The translations under genes and the position numbers were made by a program. Positions 30,739-40,190 of a stretch of DNA of 64,000 bases are shown in pieces. The notes under the pieces are model-generated. The model did no database searches, was not told the DNA's origin, and saw nothing but the letters and a program-made list of their open reading frames with translations. The stretch is from Chitinophagales bacterium (lineage in GTDB: Bacteria > Bacteroidota > Bacteroidia > Chitinophagales > JADIYW01): NCBI GenBank assembly GCA_965216955.1, contig CBDCGV010000011.1, positions 301,125 through 365,124 of the forward strand, in the 5' to 3' direction. How positions within the stretch are numbered: the stretch's first letter is position 1; each line of letters begins with the position of its first letter.

Positions 30739-31067
30739 TGGCTTTTAAAGAAAAAGATTGGGAAGAAATAGAAGCTCGGTTGGAGCAAAGGTTTGGTAAA
30801 AAACCAAACTTGCAAAGCATCCTGTTTCTGATTGGACACAGAGAATTGGGGCAATTAGAACATAAATTCAGCAAAGAACAAAAACAAGATTTAATTCACA
30901 TAGCCGTTTGCACCCTATTAAGTAGAAAAGGTTATTACAAATATCTTGGTAAAGACAAAGATGGGTGGCCCCACTTTGTATTTACTAATGAAAAAAACAA
31001 CCTTAATCATAAGGAACAGGAAAATTTGCTAAAAGAGGAGATTATTCATTATTTTAAAGAGTTGTAA
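30738..31067 (+). CDS. Conserved Bacteroidota hypothetical protein
   Basis: ILFLIG, KQDLIHIAVC, GYY, DKDGWPH motifs; overlaps the upstream stop codon. Confidence 0.75.
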   Translation: MAFKEKDWEEIEARLEQRFGKKPNLQSILFLIGHRELGQLEHKFSKEQKQDLIHIAVCTLLSRKGYYKYLGKDKDGWPHFVFTNEKNNLNHKEQENLLKEEIIHYFKEL

Positions 31068-31079
31068 ATAAAATTCAAA

Positions 31080-31730
31080 ATGAGACAGTTATTATTTGGT
31101 GCAGCAGTATTATTTACCTTGTTAAGTTGTAATAGAGAACAAATGGTTCTTATATCTACTAATCATGGTGACATAAAGTTAAAGCTGTATGAAGAAACAC
31201 CGCTTCATAAAGAGAATTTTTTTAAGCTTGTTAATGAGGGTTATTTTGATAGTCTATTATTCCATAGAGTGATTAATGAATTTATGGTTCAAGGTGGTGA
31301 TCCAAATTCAAAAAATGCTACAAAAAATGCTGCTTTAGGTTCAGGAGGGCCTGGTTATACTATTCCGGCTGAGTTTAATTCGAAGTTAATTCATAAAAAG
31401 GGTGCACTAGCTGCTGCAAGAATGCCAGATCAAATGAATCCTGAAAAAGCATCCTCAGGATCTCAGTTTTATATTGTTCATGGTAAAAAAGTTGCCGAGC
31501 AAGAACTTAGCTATTTGGAAAATAAATCTGGTATAAAGTATAGTGAAGAACAAAAAACAATTTATAAGACTATTGGTGGAACTCCTTTCTTAGACAATAA
31601 TTATACTGTTTTTGGAGAAGTTGTTGAAGGGATTGAAGTCGTCGATAATATTGCCGATGTTAGTACGAACCCCAGGGATCGCCCTATTGAAGATGTTATT
31701 ATGAAACAAGTCAAAGTAGTTAAAAAATAA
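31080..31730 (+). CDS. Cyclophilin-type peptidyl-prolyl cis-trans isomerase (lipoprotein)
   Basis: Lipobox LLSC; FHRVI, QGGDP, SGSQFYIV, YTVFGEV. Confidence 0.94.
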   Translation: MRQLLFGAAVLFTLLSCNREQMVLISTNHGDIKLKLYEETPLHKENFFKLVNEGYFDSLLFHRVINEFMVQGGDPNSKNATKNAALGSGGPGYTIPAEFNSKLIHKKGALAAARMPDQMNPEKASSGSQFYIVHGKKVAEQELSYLENKSGIKYSEEQKTIYKTIGGTPFLDNNYTVFGEVVEGIEVVDNIADVSTNPRDRPIEDVIMKQVKVVKK

Positions 31731-31760
31731 ACCCTTGTTAAGTGGGGAAGATCATTTGAG

Positions 31761-32762
31761 ATGGAAGGGGGAAATTTTGTTGATTATGTAAAAATTCATT
31801 GCCGCTCAGGCAATGGAGGAGTGGGGTCTCTGCACTTCAGAAGAGAAAAACATGTGCCAAAAGGTGGCCCTGATGGAGGAGATGGTGGCCGTGGGGGTCA
31901 TATAATTTTGCGCGGCAATAAACAACTCTGGACTTTACTCCATTTAAAATACAAGAAACATGTTATTGCTAAAAATGGAGGAAATGGAGAAGGAGGGTTA
32001 AGATCAGGATCTAATGGAGAAGACATTATTCTAGAAGTCCCTTTAGGTACTGTAGCAAAAGACTTTGAAACAGGTAAAAAAGAAATTGAAATCTTAGAAG
32101 ATGGGCAAGAGTTTGTTTGGCTTGAAGGGGGAAAAGGAGGCTTGGGCAATAACCACTTTAAATCTGCCACTCGACAAGCACCTATGTATGCTCAACCAGG
32201 TTTATCTGGCAAAGAAGCATGGAAAATTCTAGAATTAAAAGTACTTGCAGATGTAGGGCTAGTTGGGTTTCCAAATGCTGGCAAGTCCACATTATTATCT
32301 GTTTTAAGCGCTGCAAAACCCAAAGTAGCCAATTATCCATTTACCACACTCGTTCCAAACCTCGGAGTCGTCTCATATAGAGATGACAAATCTTTCGTTA
32401 TGGCAGACATCCCCGGTATTATAGAAGGAGCTCATAAAGGCAAAGGTTTAGGACATCGCTTTTTAAGGCATATTGAACGAAACGCCCTTTTATTTTTTTT
32501 AATTCCAAGTGACAGTGAGAACATTGTCAAAGAATATAAAACACTATTAAACGAACTGGAAAAATTTAATCCAGAATTGCTCCATAAAGACCGTTTACTA
32601 GGGGTCAGCAAATCTGATCTTTTAGATGAAGAACTTATAGCACTGATAAAAATGGAATTGCCAAAAGAAGTAGAGTGTGTCTTTTTCTCTTCAGCAACAC
32701 AACAAGGTATCTTAGAACTAAAAGACAAACTTTGGAAACTAATAAATAAAAAAGTGCTTTAA
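31761..32762 (+). CDS. obgE: GTPase ObgE/CgtA
   Basis: Gly-rich Obg fold, [18 protein letters not shown]. Confidence 0.97.
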   Translation: MEGGNFVDYVKIHCRSGNGGVGSLHFRREKHVPKGGPDGGDGGRGGHIILRGNKQLWTLLHLKYKKHVIAKNGGNGEGGLRSGSNGEDIILEVPLGTVAKDFETGKKEIEILEDGQEFVWLEGGKGGLGNNHFKSATRQAPMYAQPGLSGKEAWKILELKVLADVGLVGFPNAGKSTLLSVLSAAKPKVANYPFTTLVPNLGVVSYRDDKSFVMADIPGIIEGAHKGKGLGHRFLRHIERNALLFFLIPSDSENIVKEYKTLLNELEKFNPELLHKDRLLGVSKSDLLDEELIALIKMELPKEVECVFFSSATQQGILELKDKLWKLINKKVL

Positions 32763-32814
32763 AAAGTGCCTTTTGTTTTTAATGTTTTGCAGTTTTACAA
32801 ATGCTGATCAATAA

Positions 32815-35688
32815 TTACTCCATTGTTGGCAAGAGATTAAAGTATGGACTCTGTTCTAATTTATGCGGTTTTGTCTTTAACTTAAATGGTGTATCATTAT
32901 CAAATACTTCAGAAAGCAAAGTATTAAGTTTACGCTTGTAAACAACTAATTCCTCACTTGAAATTATACTTCCATTCCTTAATTTTAGCAACCCTGAATC
33001 AATATCTCTAACAGTATAAAACCCTACTTTAATATTATTATTGTTTTCACACAACAAATATAACAACGCATAAAAATACCCTTGGAACCCTTCTTTGTAA
33101 TCATCGTTTTTAAAGTAGAAATCGAAATATTCTTCGAGTGAAAGCAGTGCTTTTTTGTAAAATGGGCTTCTTATTTTTGCTGCTCCTGTTTTATAGTCAA
33201 TAATTTGAACGACTTCTTTTGAGCCTTCTTTTATCAAATCAACTCTGTCAATAACTCCTTTTAAAAGGACTTCTTTATTTTTAGAAAAGGAATATGGAGC
33301 ATGCAATTTCTTCTCCAAGGCAATAACTTTAAAGGGGCATCTCGAAATATCAGCAGTAATTATTTTTCTTGCTAATTCCGTGATAATATCCTTAATTAAT
33401 GCGTTTTTTCCTTCTAGTTTCTCTAGTTGGACAGCATAGTTTTCCTTTAAAAAAGCTTTTTCAATGGCTTTATAAATCAATTTATCACTCAACACTTTTT
33501 CTAAATCCTCCTTATGCACCCACCCATCGTAATCTAAAAACGGCATATACAACTGCTCCATAGTAGAATGAAAAAGCGTTCCAAAAATTCTATAATCCAC
33601 ATGCTCCGCCGTCTCATTGGGCTCTCTTATTTCTGCAATGTATTTTAAGTAGAATAAAAAAGGATCTCTCAAATAAGTTGTTAATGCTGTTGGACTAACC
33701 GAACGATCCCCCTCTAAAAAGGCTGCCAACTTTTTCAAAACATCTTCTGCCTTATCAATTTCCTCTATTTTAAAACTATTTTCTTTTTTGCTTTTAGCTC
33801 TAACAACACTTTGTGAAACAGATATCAACTTGTTGGCTGAAAAGTCGCTTAAAATTTGCTCTATAAATCGACTTTTGTTTTGATTAACGCCCACACCTTC
33901 ATTTAAATAAACCAGATCTACATTTTTTGCTCTTTGAAATAACCTATAAAAGTGATAGCTAAAAATTTCATCCCCATCCTCATGTGTAGGAATTTCAAAA
34001 ACACTTCTAATTAAGTAAGGTATAAATGAAACAGCTCTTTTCCCTCCAGTAGGCAAATAACCCTCATTCATTGAAAGCATTATTACATTTTCAAAATCCA
34101 AATTCCTTGTTTCCAAAAAACCCATTATTTGTACATTGGCCTCTTTGTTTGTTGTAAAAGGAACTTTAGTTGTTCCTATTATTTGAAGAAGTGTATTTAA
34201 AAAGGAAGGAAATGCCAGCTGATAATTCTGTTTTTGAAAAATAGCCATTACCTCTGAAATAGAATGGATGCTCTCGCATAACATTATATACTCATTTATA
34301 TAGTCCTCTTTCAATTTGGCCTCAATCTTTTCCTTTATTTTAGTAAAGAGTTCTAATAAAATATCGTTGGAGATTTCAGCAGCTCCAAGCGCTATTAAAA
34401 ACGAACCAACATCTTCAAATTCCTGAAACAGGTCTGCCTCTACCAAATACAAATTCTGATGTACTATGGAATTCTTAAACTCCAACCGTTTCTTTTCCGG
34501 GATTAATTTTCTAATTAAAAGGTTTTCAAAAAATCTAAAAATGTCTTTATAATAAAAAAAGGTCTTCTTATCTCTCTGTCTCTTATTTTTTAACAATTGT
34601 GTTATTGAAAACAATAACTGGCAAGAAGAAGACGAGCCCAACGAGTATCCCATAGTTATATTCGAGTCTTCTAAATGCGATGGCAATTGAGGTATTATAT
34701 AGTTTAATAAAGATTCGTCGTTTAAAACTAAAACGGTTTTTTGACCCTTTTTGACATATGCTTCTAATAATTCAAAGGCATAATTAACCTGACTACTATC
34801 ATTTGAAGCTTCAACAACTTGAATGTTTTTTTGCTGTTGAATAAGTTCTGTAGAAATTTTAAAAGTGTTTTTTTCAGATAATCGTTCCAGGTTTTCTCTT
34901 AAGTGATTTCCCGCCTTATGCAAGGTGTTTTCAAGATAAAAATCATCCGTATCCCAAACTATTATTGCATCATAATACAACTGCAATGCTCTAAAAATTC
35001 TATACTCAGAAGTGGACAACGCATTAAACCCCGCTAATACAATTTGACGATTAGAAAAATTAATCTGCTGACTTTCTAATTGATTAACCAAATCTTTGTA
35101 AAGCATTCCTTCGTAAGCAATATTTCTTTTTTTAAGAACATCATTGAGTTCATTATAAATGGAATCAAGAGACTGGTAGTATGCTTTGAATCGATCTGTA
35201 TAAACGTTTTTATCTCCCTTGCTTGAGTTTATGCTTTCCCAAAACTGATGAAGCAATTGCATCTTTTCTTCAGGAAGTTCAAAAGCATCATCAATTGTCT
35301 TTATGTCTGATATAAAAGAAAAAAGCTTTTGTGCATCAGCCATGTACTTGTCAATTTCATCAAAATCTTTTATTAATGTTTTTCCAAAATGATAAAACTC
35401 TTCAAAGTCCGTTTTATCATTTAACAATTTCAAATAAATAGGATACAGCTCTGCCAATAGTGTTAATTCATCCGCAACCTCTTTATTACAAGCATCACTT
35501 ACAAATTGTTGAATACTTAGGATTTCTGGCAACCAAAATGCATTTTTTTGCTGCGCCACTTTCTGAATTACAATTTTTTTAAATACTGCACTCGCCCTTT
35601 TAGTTGGAAAAACAAAAATCGACTCCTCCAAGTTTCCAATGTGATCAGGAATTAATTTTTCGTACAATGCCTCTAAAAATGATTGCAT
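32815..35688 (-). CDS. AddB/RexB-like PD-(D/E)XK nuclease with inactive helicase scaffold
   Basis: FPTKRA, QIMGFLETRNLDF, SPTALTTY, GTLFH, GVIDRVD...IIDYKTG. Confidence 0.88.
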   Translation of the reverse strand: MQSFLEALYEKLIPDHIGNLEESIFVFPTKRASAVFKKIVIQKVAQQKNAFWLPEILSIQQFVSDACNKEVADELTLLAELYPIYLKLLNDKTDFEEFYHFGKTLIKDFDEIDKYMADAQKLFSFISDIKTIDDAFELPEEKMQLLHQFWESINSSKGDKNVYTDRFKAYYQSLDSIYNELNDVLKKRNIAYEGMLYKDLVNQLESQQINFSNRQIVLAGFNALSTSEYRIFRALQLYYDAIIVWDTDDFYLENTLHKAGNHLRENLERLSEKNTFKISTELIQQQKNIQVVEASNDSSQVNYAFELLEAYVKKGQKTVLVLNDESLLNYIIPQLPSHLEDSNITMGYSLGSSSSCQLLFSITQLLKNKRQRDKKTFFYYKDIFRFFENLLIRKLIPEKKRLEFKNSIVHQNLYLVEADLFQEFEDVGSFLIALGAAEISNDILLELFTKIKEKIEAKLKEDYINEYIMLCESIHSISEVMAIFQKQNYQLAFPSFLNTLLQIIGTTKVPFTTNKEANVQIMGFLETRNLDFENVIMLSMNEGYLPTGGKRAVSFIPYLIRSVFEIPTHEDGDEIFSYHFYRLFQRAKNVDLVYLNEGVGVNQNKSRFIEQILSDFSANKLISVSQSVVRAKSKKENSFKIEEIDKAEDVLKKLAAFLEGDRSVSPTALTTYLRDPFLFYLKYIAEIREPNETAEHVDYRIFGTLFHSTMEQLYMPFLDYDGWVHKEDLEKVLSDKLIYKAIEKAFLKENYAVQLEKLEGKNALIKDIITELARKIITADISRCPFKVIALEKKLHAPYSFSKNKEVLLKGVIDRVDLIKEGSKEVVQIIDYKTGAAKIRSPFYKKALLSLEEYFDFYFKNDDYKEGFQGYFYALLYLLCENNNNIKVGFYTVRDIDSGLLKLRNGSIISSEELVVYKRKLNTLLSEVFDNDTPFKLKTKPHKLEQSPYFNLLPTME

Positions 35689-35791
35689 GACTTAAAGTTA
35701 GAAGAGTTTTGGTAAATACAGACAATATGAACAGTATGTGTGCATTGTGAAAACTTACGAAAATTGTAAATCATTGTCCTTTAAACAATTA

Positions 35792-35885
35792 ACAAAAAAT
35801 GCACAAATCAATGTGAAAACAAATCCTACTAAATAGTGAATCTCTCACCTCAAAAAAGAACAAAAGAACACAAAAAATGCACAAA
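35792..35885. repeat. Perfect 16-bp direct repeat ACAAAAAATGCACAAA (two copies) in a divergent promoter region
   Basis: Copies at 35792-35807 and 35870-35885; partial inverted copy TGTGCATT at 35739-35746. Confidence 0.75.
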
Positions 35886-35975
35886 AACAGGCCCAAATAA
35901 CACTAAAGTTTCATTGCCAATTTAAGTGGTCATAAAACACCTATGCTTCCTTTGTAGCAAACAAAAAATAAAATC

Positions 35976-37205
35976 ATGAACAAAAATTTATTTAAACTAT
36001 TACCGGCTATTCTAATCGCTTTTGGAACGGTATTTACTTTTACCAGTTGCAGTGAAGATGAATCAAATGAAGTATCAACAGGAACAACAACTACGACATT
36101 AAAAGGAAACATCGGGACAAGAACGCTTTCAGAAGATACTATTTACATAATAGATGGATTTGCTTATGTAGACAGTAACGATATATTAATTATTGAAGCC
36201 GGTACAATTATAAAAGCAAATACCGGCGATGGAGCCAATGCTTCTGCTTTAATAATAACTAGAGGAGGAAAAATAATGGCCAATGGAACGGCTGCTAAAC
36301 CAATAATTTTTACATCTGTAAACGATAACATTACAATTGGCCAAACAGCTAGTACTTTATTGCCTGCTCAATCAACAGGTCTTTGGGGTGGTATAATAGT
36401 ATTAGGAAGTGGATTAATTTCTGCAAGAGCTTCTAAGGGAAGCACAGAAACAGACATTGAAGGAGTTCCTCCAGCATTAGGTATTTCTAAATATGGAGGT
36501 AATGTTGAAAATGACAACTCGGGAAAATTGAATTACGTATCTATTCGATTTACAGGAACAAAGTTAGCCACCGATGATGAAATCCAAGGATTAACACTTG
36601 GAGGAGTTGGTTCAGGAACAACTGTAACCAATATTGAGGTTATTTCAAGCGCTGATGATGGAATCGAATTTTTCGGTGGAAGCGTGAATGTAACAAATGC
36701 CGTGATTGCATATCAAGCTGATGACGGGTTAGACATAGATCAGAGTTATAGTGGAACAATAAGCGAAGTACAAGTGCTAGTATATAATTCCGAAGGGAAT
36801 GATGCATTTGAAATAGATGGACCTGAAGGCAATGACAATGCAACTGGGAAATTCACTATTCAAAATGTTACTGTCGCAAATAATGGAGGGGGCACCAATT
36901 TTGCTGCTACTTTTAAAAGCGATGCCCAAGGAAATGTAAACAATTGCGCATTTGATGGTTTTACCAATTGGGTTAGAATACAAGGAGATGGTGCTTGCAT
37001 TAATTACAATAACGACGATTTAGTAATAAATGGCGGAGAATTTAGTTTTGACAGTCTGCCAGGGCTTATTACTGCAGATACGCTACAAAACGAAATTGAA
37101 ACTAAGTTTGTTGCAAATAATACGGCAACTTCCAGTTTTTCAAAGGGTGCTACTGCCGACTTTTCATGGACATGGTCTAGTGACCTAAACATTTTAGCTG
37201 ATTAA
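35976..37205 (+). CDS. Surface lipoprotein with right-handed beta-helix repeats, partner of a TonB-dependent receptor
   Basis: Lipobox FTSC followed by acidic SEDES; GLWGGII, GLTLGGVGSGT, DDGIEFFGG, DDGLDID. Confidence 0.8.
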   Translation: MNKNLFKLLPAILIAFGTVFTFTSCSEDESNEVSTGTTTTTLKGNIGTRTLSEDTIYIIDGFAYVDSNDILIIEAGTIIKANTGDGANASALIITRGGKIMANGTAAKPIIFTSVNDNITIGQTASTLLPAQSTGLWGGIIVLGSGLISARASKGSTETDIEGVPPALGISKYGGNVENDNSGKLNYVSIRFTGTKLATDDEIQGLTLGGVGSGTTVTNIEVISSADDGIEFFGGSVNVTNAVIAYQADDGLDIDQSYSGTISEVQVLVYNSEGNDAFEIDGPEGNDNATGKFTIQNVTVANNGGGTNFAATFKSDAQGNVNNCAFDGFTNWVRIQGDGACINYNNDDLVINGGEFSFDSLPGLITADTLQNEIETKFVANNTATSSFSKGATADFSWTWSSDLNILAD

Positions 37206-37219
37206 AAACATTATATGAC

Positions 37220-37259
37220 AAAGGCTTCTTTATAGGAAATCTATAAAGAAGCCTTTTTT
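37220..37259 (+). terminator. Perfect 16-bp hairpin with T-tail between the lipoprotein and TBDR genes
   Basis: AAAGGCTTCTTTATAG-gaaat-CTATAAAGAAGCCTTT followed by TTT. Confidence 0.85.
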
Positions 37260-37275
37260 AATAGAAAGAGAAGAG

Positions 37276-40104
37276 ATGAAAAAAATTATTTTAAATATCG
37301 CATTGCTGACCTTAACATATCTTGCCGTTGCATACCAACCAAAAGGAATTGTTAGAGGAATTGTAATAGATGAAAAACTAGGAGAACCGCTAATAGGGGT
37401 TAATGTAGTTGTAGAAGGTACAACCATTGGTGCCTCTACTGATCTAGACGGAAACTTTTCTATGTCACTCAACCCCGGCACCTATAATTTAGTCGTTTCA
37501 TATATTTCTTACGCAACAAAAAAAATAAGTGCGGTAGAAGTGAGTGAAGATGAGGTAGCAATGCTTCAGATATTAATGAATGAAGATGCTGAAACGCTTG
37601 AAGAAGTGGTGGTAATAGCTAAAGCTATGCAAAATACAGATGCTGCTTTACTATCCATACAAAAAAAATCCTCTAACGTAATTGATGGTATTTCTGCCCA
37701 AACTTTTAGCAAGTCCGGTGATGGCGATGCTGCTGCTGCCATAAAAAGAGTTCCAGGAGTGTCCATTGAAGGTGGAAAATATGTTTTTGTTCGCGGTTTG
37801 GGAGATCGGTACTCAAAGTCCATTTTAAATGGGATGGAAATTCCGGGATTAGACCCCGAAAGGAATACGGTGCAAATGGATATTTTTCCAACCAATATTA
37901 TTGACAACATTGTTGTTTATAAAACTTTTACCCCTGATTTACCTGGGGATTTTACAGGAGGACTAGTAGATGTTACCACTAAGGATTTTCCTGATAATAA
38001 ATCGCTTAAATTATCTGCTTCTTTCGGATATAATACAATTACACATTTTAAAGACGATTTTATTCTTTATGATGGGGCTTTCCCCGATGCTTTAGCACTG
38101 GGAGGTAAAAGCCGAGCATTACCCTTTGCAAAAGATCTCGAACCTAATCTTGTAGATGCACAATCTTCTTTTAATACAACAAATGCATTAAATAAGGAAT
38201 TGGAGGCTAAAAATTCAAATACTTTTTTAAACCAAAGTTATTCAATTAGTGGCGGAAACCAATACAATAAAGAAAGAGTTACACTTGGATTAAATGCAGC
38301 TTTCAACTACAAAAACAGTTATGAATTAAGACCCAATTACACTCAAAATGAAACAATAATTGTCACTAATTCAGGATCTGGCAGCGAGCAGGCTCCCTTT
38401 AGTTACGAAAACTTTGTTGAACAAACAGGTAAAACAGGGACCAATGAGGTTCTTTGGAGCACCATGCTTTCAGGATCCTTAAAAAAAGATCATCATAAAA
38501 TAGGCTTAAAATTACTTCACACTCAGAGTGGAGAAAAAAGTGCAACCATAAGAGATATAAATGATATTGAAAACACACAACTAAATTTGAGAACTGACTT
38601 ATCATATGTAGAAAGAAGGATAAGTAATGCCATTATTTCAGGAGAGCATTTGGCAGGCAAAAACATTAAATTAAATTGGGCCAACGCTTTTACCCTGATT
38701 GGAGTAAATGAACCCGACAGAGCTAGCTCTGAATTTGTAATAAATTCTAACGGCGATGTAACCTTCAACTCTAACTCTAATGTTGATAAAGTATATAGGG
38801 TACTTAATGAGTACAGCAACAATGCAAAACTAGATATCACCTTACCCATTAAACAATGGAAAGGGCTAGACACTAAGTTAAAATTTGGTGTTGCTGAATT
38901 AATTAAGAAAAGAGACTTTGAAACATTTTCTGTTTCTATTGGAAAGAGTGATAATTTTGACCCTGAACTTATTTTGATTGAGGACGGAGCCAACTCAATA
39001 TTAGCAACTGAAAATTTATATTCTACCAGTAATGCGTCTGGGTATACCGTTACCAATGTACAGGTAGATGCAGAAAATAAGTTTACCTCTATATATAATA
39101 TCTTAGGCGCTTATGCTATGGCCGAATTACCTCTGCATGAACGTATTAAATTTATCGGTGGTTTAAGAGTTGAACACGCACTAATCAATTATACTGGTAC
39201 ACGACGAACAACAAGAATTGAAAGCACAGAAAAGGTGCTAAACAGCTTCCAATTTTTACCTTCTGTCAATTTTGTATATAACATTTCCAGTAAGGATAAT
39301 AAAGATATGAACCTTAGAGCTTCATACAGCAGAACATTAGCAAGACCTTCTTTCAGAGAAAAATCAGAAGCCATAATATATGATCCGGTTAGTGGTATAA
39401 CTTTTAATGGTAATATTAACCTAGAAGAAACTTTCGTTCATAATGCTGATTTAAGATGGGAATATTTTATAGGCGGAGGAGAAATTATTTCTTTAAGCGC
39501 ATTTTATAAAAAGTTCATCAACCCAATAGAAATTCAACCACTTGAAAATGTTGGTATAGATCAAATACAACCTGTTAATAGGGATGAAGCAGATGTTATT
39601 GGTTTAGAATTAGAATTTAGAAAGAGTTTAGCCTTTATTCATCAAAAACTAAGTGATTTAATTCTTGGAACGAATTTCACGTATGTAAAATCTATGATTG
39701 AATTAACAGAAGATCAAAAAGATATATACATTATTACCAATACACCTTTACCTTCTAATAGAGAATTAGTAGGGCAATCTCCTTTTATTGTAAATGCATT
39801 TCTTTCTTATAACAATCCAAACACTGGAACAGGACTAAATCTCAGTTATAATGTAAAGGGCAAAACACTTTCACTTGCAGGAGTTGGAGATATTCCTAAT
39901 GTCTATGACGACCCTTTCCATAATTTAGACTTTAAAGCAACTCAAAAATTAGGAAAAGACAACCAATTTGGTCTTTCCTTTATAGCTAAAAATTTAATTG
40001 GGGATTACACAGATAGATATTACGAATTTAAAGATGTACAATCTACTTACATCTCTTATGATAAAGGCCGAAGTTTTTCTCTTGGCTTCTCCTGGAAATT
40101 ATAA
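37276..40104 (+). CDS. TonB-dependent outer-membrane receptor with N-terminal CarboxypepD_reg-like domain
   Basis: EPLIGVNVVVEGTTIGASTDLDGNF, plug RVPGVS...VRGLGDRYS, RPSFRE, C-terminal barrel strand. Confidence 0.93.
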   Translation: MKKIILNIALLTLTYLAVAYQPKGIVRGIVIDEKLGEPLIGVNVVVEGTTIGASTDLDGNFSMSLNPGTYNLVVSYISYATKKISAVEVSEDEVAMLQILMNEDAETLEEVVVIAKAMQNTDAALLSIQKKSSNVIDGISAQTFSKSGDGDAAAAIKRVPGVSIEGGKYVFVRGLGDRYSKSILNGMEIPGLDPERNTVQMDIFPTNIIDNIVVYKTFTPDLPGDFTGGLVDVTTKDFPDNKSLKLSASFGYNTITHFKDDFILYDGAFPDALALGGKSRALPFAKDLEPNLVDAQSSFNTTNALNKELEAKNSNTFLNQSYSISGGNQYNKERVTLGLNAAFNYKNSYELRPNYTQNETIIVTNSGSGSEQAPFSYENFVEQTGKTGTNEVLWSTMLSGSLKKDHHKIGLKLLHTQSGEKSATIRDINDIENTQLNLRTDLSYVERRISNAIISGEHLAGKNIKLNWANAFTLIGVNEPDRASSEFVINSNGDVTFNSNSNVDKVYRVLNEYSNNAKLDITLPIKQWKGLDTKLKFGVAELIKKRDFETFSVSIGKSDNFDPELILIEDGANSILATENLYSTSNASGYTVTNVQVDAENKFTSIYNILGAYAMAELPLHERIKFIGGLRVEHALINYTGTRRTTRIESTEKVLNSFQFLPSVNFVYNISSKDNKDMNLRASYSRTLARPSFREKSEAIIYDPVSGITFNGNINLEETFVHNADLRWEYFIGGGEIISLSAFYKKFINPIEIQPLENVGIDQIQPVNRDEADVIGLELEFRKSLAFIHQKLSDLILGTNFTYVKSMIELTEDQKDIYIITNTPLPSNRELVGQSPFIVNAFLSYNNPNTGTGLNLSYNVKGKTLSLAGVGDIPNVYDDPFHNLDFKATQKLGKDNQFGLSFIAKNLIGDYTDRYYEFKDVQSTYISYDKGRSFSLGFSWKL

Positions 40105-40118
40105 AACGTATATACAAT

Positions 40119-40183
40119 GCGGTTAGTGGCGGACCTTAAGAGCTTATCTCTTCTCAGCTTGGTTCGCCACTTTTTATATCCGC
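40119..40183. terminator. GC-rich structured element / probable terminator between convergent genes
   Basis: AGTGGCGGACC (40125-40135) pairs with GGTTCGCCACT (40161-40171) with one G-U pair; T-run follows. Confidence 0.65.
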
Positions 40184-40190
40184 TAATCTA

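Noticed and set aside
32750-32775. Tandem AAAAAGTGC(T/C)TT at the end of obgE
   Set aside because: Two short A-rich copies overlapping the stop codon; no array or hairpin, no functional inference possible.
32815-35688. PD-(D/E)XK protein as Cas4 or an anti-phage nuclease
   Set aside because: Length and inactive-helicase scaffold match housekeeping AddB-like proteins; no cas genes, array or defence neighbours.
40119-40183. tRNA-like look (GCGG start, GTGGCGGA, GGTTCG, CCGC end)
   Set aside because: Only 65 nt, with no D-arm or anticodon arm, and GGTTCG is used in the long stem rather than a T-loop.
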